DNA of 64,000 nt from Escherichia phage JLBYU28. Each line of letters begins with the position of its first letter. Position 1 is the first letter of the stretch. The notes below the pieces were generated by a model. It did no database searches and was not told where the DNA came from. It worked only from the letters and a program-made list of their open reading frames with translations. Shown piece by piece: positions 1 to 10,043 of the stretch. The stretch is from sequence record OK272472.1; one strand, given 5' to 3'. Position numbers and translations under genes: made by a program.

Positions 1-254
1 GTGGTATGAGAAACCCCATTGTGGGTCAGAAAAGCCCCATACCATAACACTAACTCCAAAGAAGAAGACTAGTGTTCGGAGCATTGGTATCAATGCTTTT
101 GGTATTTTAAACATTTTAACTTATCTCTCAATTCACAATAAGAGAGTTCTAAAAAGAACCCTAGTAAGACAGAGCCTATGAGCAACCCAATAATACTCTC
201 TGCCATATATAACATCCAATAAAAAAGGTGATATAAGCCTATCAAGACCCACAT

Positions 255-267
255 CACCTTGTCAAGT
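255..267 (-). promoter_or_regulatory. Copy of conserved TTGACAAGGTG promoter-like motif (minus orientation)
   Basis: Plus strand reads CACCTTGTCAAGT, matching motif copies at 15828-15851 and 56197-56220; sits just downstream of the nrdD stop. Confidence 0.3.
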
Positions 268-268
268 T

Positions 269-1216
269 TTACATAGAGACTCTATCACGAATCTCAGCGA
301 TTTTTGCATCGTTCATTCGGGATTCACCTTTAATCTTAGTCCATCCAAGATACCCACACACCCTGTTAATCACAGAGATATCATATGAATGGCAAACCTC
401 ACACTCTTCCACATCAGCCTTTGGTCTGTTACCACAATGTTCACAGATTGCTAAGTCAAAGTTAAGTCCTTGATAGAAACCTTTCAACATACCTCTCGTA
501 ATACAACTCTTAAGTGCTGATAAGTTTTCTGGGTTAGCTACTCTTACATACTGGATTCTACCACCTCTACAGATATGGAAGAATGGCTCTTCTAAGTCCT
601 GCTTCTCAAATGGTGAGATGTCTGCTGCAACATTCATATGGAAACTGTTTGTAAAGTATTCCTTGTCAGAGACACCTTTAATAACGCCAAACATATCTCT
701 GAACTGTTTTAACTGAGTTCCACAAAGTGATTCTGCTGGAGTGCCATATACCGCATACAAGAAGCCATCTTCGTTCTTAAACTCTTCAGTTTTCATGTTG
801 ATGTATTCTAGAACATCGTATGCAAAACTACAGCTTCCAACTTCATGAAGTCGTTTACCTTCAGCAAGAACAGATAGCTCATCAAGCGCAGTAACCCCAA
901 AAGAAGCTGTGAAGGACTTCACGATATCCCAACCAACCCTGTCAGTAGGTTTCTTATTCCCTTTGTACAGACCACCTTGTGTAAATGCAAGAGGGTTAGA
1001 ACTTGCTGGCATATTAGCAATCATTTCGTAACGTTTCTTGTGGAAGCTGCGAATCATTTCTAAGTACTTATCAAGCTCTTTCCAGAAATCTAAGCCATTC
1101 TCTTTAGAATACTGGTAAATCATTGGTAAGTTCAAAGATACAGCACCAATGTTAGCACGACCTACATAAAACTCTTCACCATTCTCGTTATGATATGGTG
1201 ATAAGAACGCTCTACA
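269..1216 (-). CDS. nrdD: Anaerobic ribonucleoside-triphosphate reductase NrdD, exon 2 (C-terminal part incl. Zn ribbon and glycyl-radical region)
   Basis: Translation contains CRAFLSPYHNENGEE...GRANIGAVSLNLP, CEHCGNRPKADVEECEVCH and C-terminal RVCGYLG motif; frame stays open upstream of the track ORF to codon TGT at 1214-1216. Confidence 0.8.
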   Translation of the reverse strand, partial: CRAFLSPYHNENGEEFYVGRANIGAVSLNLPMIYQYSKENGLDFWKELDKYLEMIRSFHKKRYEMIANMPASSNPLAFTQGGLYKGNKKPTDRVGWDIVKSFTASFGVTALDELSVLAEGKRLHEVGSCSFAYDVLEYINMKTEEFKNEDGFLYAVYGTPAESLCGTQLKQFRDMFGVIKGVSDKEYFTNSFHMNVAADISPFEKQDLEEPFFHICRGGRIQYVRVANPENLSALKSCITRGMLKGFYQGLNFDLAICEHCGNRPKADVEECEVCHSYDISVINRVCGYLGWTKIKGESRMNDAKIAEIRDRVSM

Positions 1217-1532
1217 CTTGTTGTTCAGGTAAGTTCGCTAAGCTTACCCCGCTTTATTCAAGCTGCTTACTGTCGCCAGTAAGTCCAGACTATATCTTCT
1301 ACTTATTTCTAAGTAGCGTACCATTTCGAGTCGCTTGACCCTACACCGCTACATTCATCACGGTTAGTCGTTCGGCATTTAGATGTATTCAAACTCATAT
1401 TCGAAGTTATTTGGCATGTAAGACTCCTATGTTGTATAGTTTCTTACATCATACACCATTTAGCACAGGATTGTCTACATCTGTAGAGTTTCCCTGTTTA
1501 GGCACGTTTTAGATGAGCTATAGAGCTTGTTA
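1217..1532 (-). ncRNA. Group I self-splicing intron in nrdD (no internal ORF)
   Basis: 316-nt interruption between NrdD ...SPMG and CRAFL...; minus-sense R-like element CCGAACGACTAACC (plus 1362-1375) and S-like element GATATAGTCTGG (plus 1285-1296) can pair as P7; upstream exon ends in U, intron ends in G. Confidence 0.65.
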
Positions 1533-2729
1533 ACCCATCGGTGAAATTACCTTACCAGAACGCTCAAAAGCCTCTGCTACAGCACCATGACCAGATACAC
1601 TTAAGAAGTCTGGATACATTGCTTTAGAGCAACACTCAATGGCTTTACTGTACAGGTGACCTTGACAAATATTCTCATCATGTCTCTTCTGGTCATAGAT
1701 ATAAACCAGTTTAGGAAATACAACCGGTTTTTTGCTCTTACCTTGTCCGTTCATACGAACATCTAGGAGAGTACTTGCAATCATATATTGCAGTCGGTTA
1801 TCTTCATTAGACATATCTGAGTCAAGTAACCCGAATGTCAAAGTTGTAAATGCAAAATCCCCACGGCTACAAGGTACGGTATTTAGTTTCATCTCAAGTG
1901 ACTGAAAACCTTGAGTCAGTTCAATTTGTAACTGCTCCATTACATAGTTATGGTAATGTTCTTTAGGAATACCGTAAGATGCTGCTTTCTCAGCATGATA
2001 GCGTAGAGACTTCTTAGCATACGGTACAAGCACCTTATCAATCTCTGCTAAAGTAAATCCACCAAATTGCTGTGCAGTTGCTGAAAGAACTACATCACCA
2101 ATAACCTGTAAGGCTGACAGCACAGACTTCGGTTCACAGTATTCAATGCCAGACATTTCAAAGCCACCTTTCAGTACTTTACCGATGTCAAACAGGCAAC
2201 AGTTGATACCACCAAAAATTAGGTCTCTTAAGTCATGGATGTAGATAAACCCTTTTTCAATGGCTTCGAGTTCCTCTGGTGTTAAATGGTATTGTTTAAA
2301 GATTTCTTTAGTCAGATAGCCACGAATAATTGAACCTTTTGTAGAAATTAAACTGCTGTCAAAGTTAGCATTTTCACGGTCACCTAAGAAGAGTGTATCC
2401 TTAGTCTTCTGGTAAAGTTCATCCCAATTTTGAGCAACCTCTTTACGGTAATTTCTATACGTTGAGTAAGACTCATAAATCTCGTGATTGACTTCTGCCA
2501 AAGCACCCTCAACAATACTGTGAATATCATTTACTGAAACGAGTAAATTATTCTGCTTAGTAGATTTTACCAGAATCCTCATAAATGCTGACTCAAGAGC
2601 TTGAGTAACATCTGGTGGAAGCTCTTTATAACCAACTCTGTTAGCTGACTTTGTGACTGCTGCTAAAACTTTTTTGATATCAGGTTCTTCGAGTGAGCCA
2701 TTCTTTTTAATAATCTGTACTTTGTTCAT
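1533..2729 (-). CDS. nrdD: Anaerobic ribonucleoside-triphosphate reductase NrdD, exon 1 (N-terminal part)
   Basis: 399-aa ORF ends ...SGKVISPMG then an in-frame stop that is the first intron codon; joined to exon 2 gives about 714 aa, typical NrdD length. Confidence 0.8.
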
Positions 2730-2748
2730 TATTGCCCCTTTACATGCT

Positions 2749-2770
2749 AAAAAGGTCTCCGAAGAGACCC
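2749..2770 (-). terminator. GC hairpin with UUCG loop plus U-run (minus strand), just 5' of nrdD
   Basis: Minus sense GGGTCTC-TTCG-GAGACC followed by TTTTT. Confidence 0.45.
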
Positions 2771-2777
2771 TTTCATT

Positions 2778-2984
2778 TTAAATCTTTTTAGAAAACTTCG
2801 CAAAGAGTTCTCTTAGCTTTTCAGTGATACCAAGATGTATCTCTAGGATTTCAAATATAACCCATAGTAACATGACTCCAAACAACAAACCTTGTTCAAA
2901 GTCAGTAAATAGGTTAACAACAAGCATACCAATTACAATAGCTGGTGCATCAATAACCAAACCTTCCCAAAGGCGTTTAAGCAT
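2778..2984 (-). CDS. Small hydrophobic membrane protein
   Basis: 68-aa ORF, hydrophobic core LVIDAPAIVIGMLVVNLF...LLFGVMLLWVIF. Confidence 0.4.
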   Translation of the reverse strand: MLKRLWEGLVIDAPAIVIGMLVVNLFTDFEQGLLFGVMLLWVIFEILEIHLGITEKLRELFAKFSKKI

Positions 2985-3219
2985 TATTCACCTCTGCCAT
3001 AAAATTCTGTAGCGTACCAACAGGTTTTAGGTTTTGTCCATCAGTTTTCATGATGAATGGCATCTGACGAACTGGCATCTGTGCAATGTCCATTAGTTCC
3101 GATAGCTCATAGTCCTGCCCTAACATTCTCACAACATGGTCAATACCACGAGCTTTTGCAAAATTCTTTGCAGTCTCACACTGAGGACATCCAGTTTTGG
3201 AGTAAATTACATAAGTCAT
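2977..3219 (-). CDS. Glutaredoxin/NrdH-like redoxin
   Basis: 80 aa with CPQC active-site motif (SKTGCPQCETAK), adjacent to nrdB. Confidence 0.7.
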   Translation of the reverse strand: MTYVIYSKTGCPQCETAKNFAKARGIDHVVRMLGQDYELSELMDIAQMPVRQMPFIMKTDGQNLKPVGTLQNFMAEVNNA

Positions 3220-4352
3220 TAAGGAACCTCTAAAAATCCACTATTCAAATCATCTACAACAGTATTCAACAGGTACGCACCGTTCTGCTGCTCCTGATTA
3301 GCATTCTGCTCTTTATCAATTTCCATCTTCTTAATCATGTACTTCAAAGGTGGTTCTTTAGGAGCTACAAAATCTCTGGGAATGCCAAACATATCATACA
3401 GTGGGGCAGCATTATAGTAAACCCACTCATGAAGAAGCTTTGTATTTAGGCCAACTACAGCACGTCCTTCGGAGAAGATATAATACGACCATTTCTCTTC
3501 ACTTTCAACTACTTCATCTAAGATTACTTTAATCTCTGGAAGAATTTGTTGAAAAGCTTTCTGCCACTCATCATCTCTTAAAGTTTCTTTTAAAACTTCA
3601 ATATCAATTTTAGTGTGAAGGATTTCGTCAAGCATAATTTTCTGCACAGCTTGAGCAATACCCTGAAATTTATCTTGAGCATCAAGTGCAAAAGTACATG
3701 CAAAGGATGCCATAAAAGATATACCTTCCAGTGCAGTCACTGCAAATAGACCTTTTAGAATCACTTTATGGAAGTGTAAAGGGTCTTTGTCAAGAAGTGA
3801 ATCACGGACATAACTCAGTCGGTAGTTTATACCTTCATCCAGTAATTCTTCAAGAACACGATTCACAGTTTTTAATCGGTCTTGCACAGCAACATTCTGG
3901 TTAATCTCATCTAAGATTGTTTCAGGGTTTTTAATACATTGCCTTACAATCTCTGAGTAAGTAAGAGCATGTAGGTTTTCAATCTCAGACTGCTTCATAA
4001 TTGCAGTTGCATAGATGTCATCAGAGATAAAAGGTGCAAAGGCAAATGCCAAGCTCTTAGCAACTTGAGTATCCGCTTCCCATTGCCACTTAAGAATCTC
4101 AAGCATTACACCTGACATTGATGCTGGGACACTCTCAAAATCAAGACGTGATTGTTCAAAAGGGAACTCATCTTCTGACCAGTCTTGTGCTTTTTGTTGT
4201 TTATAAAGTTCAAAGATTTTTGGGTAGTGTTTATTAAGTGAGTCAAAAGTTTTCCTCTCACCACCTAAAAAGATTGGGTGCTGGTTAATCATAGCGTGAT
4301 TTCTCCTTTCTTTATCATTTCTAAGGCTTGTTTTCTGTCTAAAACTTCCCAA
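3219..4352 (-). CDS. nrdB: Ribonucleotide reductase class I small (beta) subunit
   Basis: 377 aa; position between redoxin and nrdA; ferritin-like helical protein with E/H-rich segments. Confidence 0.75.
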   Translation of the reverse strand: MGSFRQKTSLRNDKERRNHAMINQHPIFLGGERKTFDSLNKHYPKIFELYKQQKAQDWSEDEFPFEQSRLDFESVPASMSGVMLEILKWQWEADTQVAKSLAFAFAPFISDDIYATAIMKQSEIENLHALTYSEIVRQCIKNPETILDEINQNVAVQDRLKTVNRVLEELLDEGINYRLSYVRDSLLDKDPLHFHKVILKGLFAVTALEGISFMASFACTFALDAQDKFQGIAQAVQKIMLDEILHTKIDIEVLKETLRDDEWQKAFQQILPEIKVILDEVVESEEKWSYYIFSEGRAVVGLNTKLLHEWVYYNAAPLYDMFGIPRDFVAPKEPPLKYMIKKMEIDKEQNANQEQQNGAYLLNTVVDDLNSGFLEVP

Positions 4353-4630
4353 TTTTCTTTGTTGAACATCTCATAAGGTCTTGCGTAGATTTTACCATCT
4401 GCTGTAGAGATGTAAGAGATACCAGCAACCCATGAGTCATCATTTTGTTTTATCATCATATCTGTGCTACCCACATAGTACATCGTTTTCCGAGGCTTGT
4501 GGAGCAAGTATATAGGCCGCTCATGTTTTTCTATTAAGTCTTTCATGGTCTCTCCAAAGTTATTTTTAGAGGGTCTTTTACGACCCTCATAGTTGTTAAA
4601 ACTAAACACCACAACCCTCGCAATAAGCAT
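4289..4630 (-). CDS. Hypothetical protein (true start probably internal)
   Basis: 113-aa ORF whose 5' end overlaps the 3' end of nrdA; a shorter start at the MKDL... Met is plausible. Confidence 0.35.
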   Translation of the reverse strand: MLIARVVVFSFNNYEGRKRPSKNNFGETMKDLIEKHERPIYLLHKPRKTMYYVGSTDMMIKQNDDSWVAGISYISTADGKIYARPYEMFNKENWEVLDRKQALEMIKKGEITL

Positions 4631-6836
4631 CTTGCAGTGCAGATTTACCTACACCAATGCGACTGTTAAGGTAGTACATGGTTTTCATACCTACCGAGTT
4701 GGCATAAATCATGTACTTCAAAGCTTGAGCCAATGATACCTTCTTAGACTTTGCATAGTCAACATAGAAGTCTGAAGAGATAGCTTGACCAGTGAACTTT
4801 TGAACAATTGCATAACAATCAATCATATCAAAGGTGTCAATATCCCAAGCAATTTCATAGACATACTTCAGTTCTTCATAATCTGGAACAATAAACAGTA
4901 CGTTACCAGTTGCAGACTTTTTAGTTAAAATAAAGTCACGAATTGGGTACAAGCCATTTGTCGTATTAGTTGCTAGTGAAGAACTCTCATTAGGCATGTA
5001 AGCTTCTAATACAGAGTTTCGGATTCCACCATTTTCTTTGATACGTTGTGCTAAGTCATCCCAATCATATCGTAGTTTTGCATCATGCTTTTCATCAATC
5101 TTCTTGTTAGCTGTCTTTGGAGGAACCCAGCCTTCAGGATACTTAGTGAACTTCATGTACTCTGGAACGCCACGCTCTTTAGCAAGTCTCAGAGAGGCTT
5201 CATGCAGATAGTAAGAGTGCATCTCTGCCAGTTCATGAAGTTTCGTTTTACCTGCTCGTGAAGAGTAGTTCACATAGTTCTTCGCAAGGTAATGAGCCAC
5301 ATTTGTAAGGCCAATCCCAACAGAACGACGCTTCTGAACATGGTTACGCATCGACGGATACGGATAATCCATAAGGTCAATAACGGAGTCAACCATTGCA
5401 AGAGCATAATAAGCAACGTCAGCGTATTCATCTTCTGAAATTCTCCCTGCAACCAAACTAGCTAGGAAGCAAAGAGCCACCTCACCATCCTCTTTCACAG
5501 CATCGTCTCTGTAAAGGTCTGTCTCTTTCTCAAAACCATACACTGGCAACACAATTTCCATACAAAGATTTGACATCTTCAATGGTTCTTTAAATGGTGT
5601 GTGTGTGTTTGCATTGTTAGTGAAGAATGGATACACACGACCTGTAGCATAACGCTGTTGAATAAACAGCTTAGCAATTTCACGAGCCTTGACTCGTCTG
5701 TGCTTAACTCCTGAATGTACTGCGTGACCAACTGCCATAGCAAACTCATCAGCAGATGCTGTGTAGAACATGTCATAGAGCTTTGGTGCATCTTTGTAAG
5801 AGAATAGCAACCAGTCTGTATCATACTGAACACACTGCCAGAAATAATCGTTTGTGCCGAATGAGTAGTCCATCTCATTAATACGTTTAGAAGGAACCGT
5901 TGTAGGGTGCTTCAAACGCAGTAAATCTTCAATCTGCGGGTCTAGAGCAGTGTAGAAGTTATTAGCTGAACCGCCACGACTCTTCTGTTTGTTTGCCTCT
6001 ACAGATGAACGTACAAGCTTGTAATAAGGTAGTTTACCCATGTGCTCAATCGTATTTTGACGGATACCATCACCAATAGTACGTGTCTCCATCAGCATAC
6101 CGATACCGGCTTGCTTTGTAGTCATATCATAAGCAACCTTTGCAGCAATACCAAGTGATTCAGCAGTGTCATTTGCCTTAATCAAACAGCATGACGCATA
6201 GCCTGATTTAGTTGCTCTTAAACCGTTTAAATAAGGTGTAGGAGCATTAATCTTCAGGTCAGATAGGTAAGTGTACAACTTGATAACATCTTGCAGTCTA
6301 CGGTGCTTTGGTTGCTTCTCAAAGGCTTTCATAGCCATACCCATAAACATAAATTGTGGCGACTCAAAAAGTCTTCCCGTTTTAATATCACGGATACCGT
6401 ACTTATCTCTGAACTGTTTCAAGACTGCATAACCGTAAGAGATATCTTTTGAGTGCACGATGTAACCTTGCAGGTATTCAAGCTCTTCCTGAGAATAGTC
6501 CATCTTCTCCCAAAGTCCTGCTCTCTCCATATTTTTAACGAAGGTGACCAGCGTAGGAACCTTAGTAAAGCCTCCAAAGGCTTCTTTGTAGATAATTCCC
6601 AGAAGTAGCCGTCCAGCCATATCTGAGTACTCTTGCGTTTGTTTATCAACACAAACATCAATCATGGCTTGGTGCATCTCTTTTGTAGTGCAACCTTCAT
6701 AGACACGCTTCATAGCTTCCATAGTGACTTCTGACCAGATAATACCACGTTTATCTGCCCATGATGCCCACTTATTCAGTCTTTCTGGGTCAAAGCTTAC
6801 TACTGTACCATTTGATTTTTTAATTGTCTTAATCAT
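4602..6836 (-). CDS. nrdA: Ribonucleotide reductase class I large (alpha) subunit
   Basis: 744 aa; N-terminal ATP-cone-like segment, C-terminal Cys pair (CEGCGV). Confidence 0.8.
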   Translation of the reverse strand: MIKTIKKSNGTVVSFDPERLNKWASWADKRGIIWSEVTMEAMKRVYEGCTTKEMHQAMIDVCVDKQTQEYSDMAGRLLLGIIYKEAFGGFTKVPTLVTFVKNMERAGLWEKMDYSQEELEYLQGYIVHSKDISYGYAVLKQFRDKYGIRDIKTGRLFESPQFMFMGMAMKAFEKQPKHRRLQDVIKLYTYLSDLKINAPTPYLNGLRATKSGYASCCLIKANDTAESLGIAAKVAYDMTTKQAGIGMLMETRTIGDGIRQNTIEHMGKLPYYKLVRSSVEANKQKSRGGSANNFYTALDPQIEDLLRLKHPTTVPSKRINEMDYSFGTNDYFWQCVQYDTDWLLFSYKDAPKLYDMFYTASADEFAMAVGHAVHSGVKHRRVKAREIAKLFIQQRYATGRVYPFFTNNANTHTPFKEPLKMSNLCMEIVLPVYGFEKETDLYRDDAVKEDGEVALCFLASLVAGRISEDEYADVAYYALAMVDSVIDLMDYPYPSMRNHVQKRRSVGIGLTNVAHYLAKNYVNYSSRAGKTKLHELAEMHSYYLHEASLRLAKERGVPEYMKFTKYPEGWVPPKTANKKIDEKHDAKLRYDWDDLAQRIKENGGIRNSVLEAYMPNESSSLATNTTNGLYPIRDFILTKKSATGNVLFIVPDYEELKYVYEIAWDIDTFDMIDCYAIVQKFTGQAISSDFYVDYAKSKKVSLAQALKYMIYANSVGMKTMYYLNSRIGVGKSALQDAYCEGCGV

Positions 6837-6854
6837 TTTTGAATCCTACAGATG

Positions 6855-6878
6855 AAAAGAGCCTCCGAAGAGGCTCCC
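6855..6878 (-). terminator. GC hairpin with UUCG loop plus U-run (minus strand), just 5' of nrdA
   Basis: Minus sense GGGAGCCTC-TTCG-GAGGCTC followed by TTTT. Confidence 0.45.
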
Positions 6879-6882
6879 TAGT

Positions 6883-7218
6883 TTAAATCTTGAAAATTTG
6901 CTCATTCTGCCACATATCGTAAAACTTATCACTTACTTTTGTGACTGAAGAAGTGTGCATACAATTCAGGAACCACGATGGTGTGTTGCCATTCATAATT
7001 GCTTCAAGCTCTTGTGTAGTGTTCTCATCCATGTCTGCAACAACGTAGTTACCTCGCATCTTGCAAACAATTCTTCCAAACAAGATTGCACTTCTGCCTC
7101 TTCGGTCGTCACAGTACATAACTGTGTCTCCGTGCTTAACCTCTTGCCCAATACTGTCAACGCCTAATTTAGCACCTGAGATAATGTCATCATAAGATAA
7201 CTTTTTTGCTTTAGACAC
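6883..7218 (-). CDS. Hypothetical protein
   Basis: 111-aa ORF in a compact minus-strand array. Confidence 0.45.
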   Translation of the reverse strand: MSKAKKLSYDDIISGAKLGVDSIGQEVKHGDTVMYCDDRRGRSAILFGRIVCKMRGNYVVADMDENTTQELEAIMNGNTPSWFLNCMHTSSVTKVSDKFYDMWQNEQIFKI

Positions 7219-7543
7219 GGTATTTCTCCAAGTTTCTTTTTAGATATAACCAACCGTAGTCAGTCCTTTCTACACCCATAAAGAGTGGAGCCATCACAAC
7301 TTTACCGAAAGTATTCCTGTGTTGGCAGATTTCAAAGGAATACTCTTTCTCAATATCAATCCCGTATTTGTACAGGACTGCTTTTAAAACTTGTTCATTA
7401 TCCAGAAGTGTATCTGGAGTCTCACCATACTTCTCAAGTAACGGGTCATACATAAACACCGTCATAGAAATATTATAGTTTGAGAAGTGGCTCTTCTGAG
7501 CCACACCCTCTTTATTAATGTTCTGTGAATCCATTATAACCAA
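7211..7543 (-). CDS. Hypothetical protein
   Basis: 110-aa ORF overlapping its neighbours by a few nt. Confidence 0.45.
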   Translation of the reverse strand: MVIMDSQNINKEGVAQKSHFSNYNISMTVFMYDPLLEKYGETPDTLLDNEQVLKAVLYKYGIDIEKEYSFEICQHRNTFGKVVMAPLFMGVERTDYGWLYLKRNLEKYRV

Positions 7544-8270
7544 CCCCTTTTAACCAGCACTTCAGGTTATTAGCATCATAATTCAGTTTCGGGTATGAGG
7601 TTACATGGAACTGCTCACCATCATAGTAGACAATATCTGCAATCCATAGTCCATTCTCTTTACAGAAGTCTTTATCTGCTTTAGAGGTAATTGGATTAAC
7701 TTCTACAAAACCATCTACACCCAAATCCTTTAAGCTACCTACAATACCTTTGCAGATAACGCATGTCTCAGATACTACCACAAAAAGTTCTTGGCTTTCA
7801 AGTTCTACAATGTATTCACCAAGCTGTACTTTAGGGAGATTTGATTGCTTCATAATCTTCCCATCGGCTGCACGAACAATCGCATACCACTCTTTACCAT
7901 CAACTACTGACATTCTGATAACACACTCTTGACCAGTACGCTTCTCAATATCTGCAAGACGTTTTAAAGCTTCTTCATAGTCATCTGTGTACTTCAGGTC
8001 ATTATTATGGCAAACAGCTTTCATAGCGCCGTTATGGTCATGTTGTGACAGATAAATCAAGCCGTCAAGAACATATTGCAAATCTGCCTGAGCATCCAGT
8101 GTCTCAATGGGGTCTTTCTCTTCAATTGCTTTTACAAGCTCTTTTGCTTCTTCAAGCATACACAGAGATTGAGATTTTAAAGATTCCCAATACTCATCAC
8201 TGTAAGGTTGCTTTTGAGTGTTTCCACAACGCAGGTTCCAGTTTTTTACTGATTCTCTTGAGTTAAACAT
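7515..8270 (-). CDS. Protein with N-terminal MazG-like NTP pyrophosphohydrolase-like segment and unknown C-terminal domain
   Basis: 251 aa; N-terminal acidic helical pattern LEEAKELVKAIEEKD...LDAQADLQYVLDGLIYL resembles the MazG/HisE fold; my recognition only. Confidence 0.4.
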   Translation of the reverse strand: MFNSRESVKNWNLRCGNTQKQPYSDEYWESLKSQSLCMLEEAKELVKAIEEKDPIETLDAQADLQYVLDGLIYLSQHDHNGAMKAVCHNNDLKYTDDYEEALKRLADIEKRTGQECVIRMSVVDGKEWYAIVRAADGKIMKQSNLPKVQLGEYIVELESQELFVVVSETCVICKGIVGSLKDLGVDGFVEVNPITSKADKDFCKENGLWIADIVYYDGEQFHVTSYPKLNYDANNLKCWLKGVGYNGFTEH

Positions 8271-8509
8271 TCGGACTCCTTAAAATATCTGTTAACTTTT
8301 AGCTCTCGTGTTTCAATATATTCTAGATGCTCACGTAGCTCTTGACGTTTAAGCATTAGGTGCTGCATTTGAGATTCAACAGCTTCAACTTCTTTGATTA
8401 TTGACTCTCTAGCATTTGCAAGGATGCGCTCAAGTTCTTCAATCTTGCTGTCAACTTTTGCTACATGACTCACAGCTTTGCTTTTGTTAAACATTTTATT
8501 CTCTCTCAA
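8246..8509 (-). CDS. Hypothetical coiled-coil protein
   Basis: 87-aa ORF rich in E/K/L heptad-like sequence. Confidence 0.4.
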   Translation of the reverse strand: MRENKMFNKSKAVSHVAKVDSKIEELERILANARESIIKEVEAVESQMQHLMLKRQELREHLEYIETRELKVNRYFKESECLTQENQ

Positions 8510-8515
8510 TAGTTA

Positions 8516-9013
8516 TCAAGCACAATTTGCTTTCATTACCTTATGGATTCTTTTTTCAGCATCTTCATAAGTTTCTTTAGTAATAAACTTAATTGCTGCA
8601 ATATTGGCATTGTAGAAGAGTCTGAGCTTCGAGTCAATCCTTTTTGTCATTACATCGAACTTATGTTGAAGGTTTGCTTCACCATAAACTAGGCCACCTT
8701 TTGTGTAGTAGGTCTGAATAATGTAAAAGTCAAAAAATTCTTTTCCAAAGCTCTCAATATCTTTTTTAATATACTCAGAAGAAGTCTCGTAAGTCATCCA
8801 ATCACTTTCCTTAGTGACTACCTTCTTCCGAGTCTTCCCAGCAACTTTTCTTTTGGTAACACTGTTAAACTGTTTCCTTCCTATATAGTATTGTCCAGTC
8901 TTCTTACAGTGCACTAAATAGACAAAACCAAAATGTTTAGTGGGGTCAACTTCCCCACATAAAGATACCCAATGACCATAGGTGGGACAATTACCAAATC
9001 CTTTAATCTTCAT
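8516..9013 (-). CDS. GIY-YIG family endonuclease (free-standing homing-endonuclease-like)
   Basis: FGFVYLVHCKKTGQYYIGRK matches the GIY-(10-11 aa)-YIG motif near the N-terminus. Confidence 0.65.
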   Translation of the reverse strand: MKIKGFGNCPTYGHWVSLCGEVDPTKHFGFVYLVHCKKTGQYYIGRKQFNSVTKRKVAGKTRKKVVTKESDWMTYETSSEYIKKDIESFGKEFFDFYIIQTYYTKGGLVYGEANLQHKFDVMTKRIDSKLRLFYNANIAAIKFITKETYEDAEKRIHKVMKANCA

Positions 9014-10043
9014 TCATACACGGCTCCCAATTATATTTCTTAAAAGAGAAATTATCTTTTGGATTCCTCTCTTGATATGCTACCCAGAAATGCTGCTCCA
9101 TTAACTCTAACGGTGTCTTTGTAACAGTCTGTCCATCCCATGACACATAGGTATAAGACTCTTTTTTAGCATAGAGTTCATAGATAGCATCAAGACACTC
9201 TTTATATGTCTCTTTACCATCTAAAGCATTCATCACAGCTACTTTGCCAGCACCTTTAAGACCAAAGTAGTTGTCTGCATTATCTCCAGCAACAGCCTGA
9301 TAACACAAGAATTTAAAACCTACACCAACTGTTTTTGCAGCTTTTGGTTTTGATTTGATAGGGCAATCCCAGATATTACCAACGTTATTATCAGCAATAA
9401 AAATTAGTGGTGACTTTTCATAAGTCATATCAATACAATAAGTCCCTTCAGCTTGTCGAAGGTCTTTATCAATACTCATAAGAGCAGCTTTCTTACCCAT
9501 CTTTTCAGCTTTAGCAATTACGATTGAATCGGCTTCGAAGCCGCCCCTTAAGAGCTTGAACTCTGGTCTGGATAAAAGGTATTCACGACAAGCAACTAAG
9601 TGTGTTGGTGTGACAGCATCTTTACGGTTCCCTTGATATTGGTGCTCAAGACCTTTAATGTCTTTATGTTTATGCACACCTTTCTCTGTTAAATAACCTA
9701 CCCAAGTTCTCTCTTTACCAACAACCTTAAGCCATTCCTGAAGCACCTGTTGAGTCGCCATGATAGCTTCTTTCTCACTCTTAGCTTCTTTCCAAGTCTG
9801 TCTTTCCCATTCATCTTCATCAAATGTCAGGCCAAGCTCTTCCACAAGGATTCTCTGGTCTGCTAACCATCTTGCAGCATCTTTCGCATTATCAAATGGC
9901 TCAGACTCTTCTGCTGTGAGTTTATTGACATATTTATATTTTGCTTTCTCAACTACACAAGCACCTTTATAGGCAATACTGTCAGAGTCAATAAAGACAT
10001 GTGTAACTGAATCGGGAAGCTTTGTTAATGTGTACTTCTCCAT
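9003..10043 (-). CDS. 5'-3' exonuclease / flap endonuclease (RNase H-like)
   Basis: 346 aa; N-terminal acidic cluster VFIDSDSIAYKGA and position in the replication module. Confidence 0.45.
   Translation of the reverse strand: MEKYTLTKLPDSVTHVFIDSDSIAYKGACVVEKAKYKYVNKLTAEESEPFDNAKDAARWLADQRILVEELGLTFDEDEWERQTWKEAKSEKEAIMATQQVLQEWLKVVGKERTWVGYLTEKGVHKHKDIKGLEHQYQGNRKDAVTPTHLVACREYLLSRPEFKLLRGGFEADSIVIAKAEKMGKKAALMSIDKDLRQAEGTYCIDMTYEKSPLIFIADNNVGNIWDCPIKSKPKAAKTVGVGFKFLCYQAVAGDNADNYFGLKGAGKVAVMNALDGKETYKECLDAIYELYAKKESYTYVSWDGQTVTKTPLELMEQHFWVAYQERNPKDNFSFKKYNWEPCMNED

Noticed and set aside
90-206. 38-aa hydrophobic minus-strand ORF near the window edge
   Set aside because: Too short and at the window boundary to judge; noted only because the promoter-like motif at 255-267 points toward it.
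3219-6836. Introns or inteins in nrdA or nrdB
   Set aside because: Both ORFs are continuous and of normal length (744 and 377 aa).
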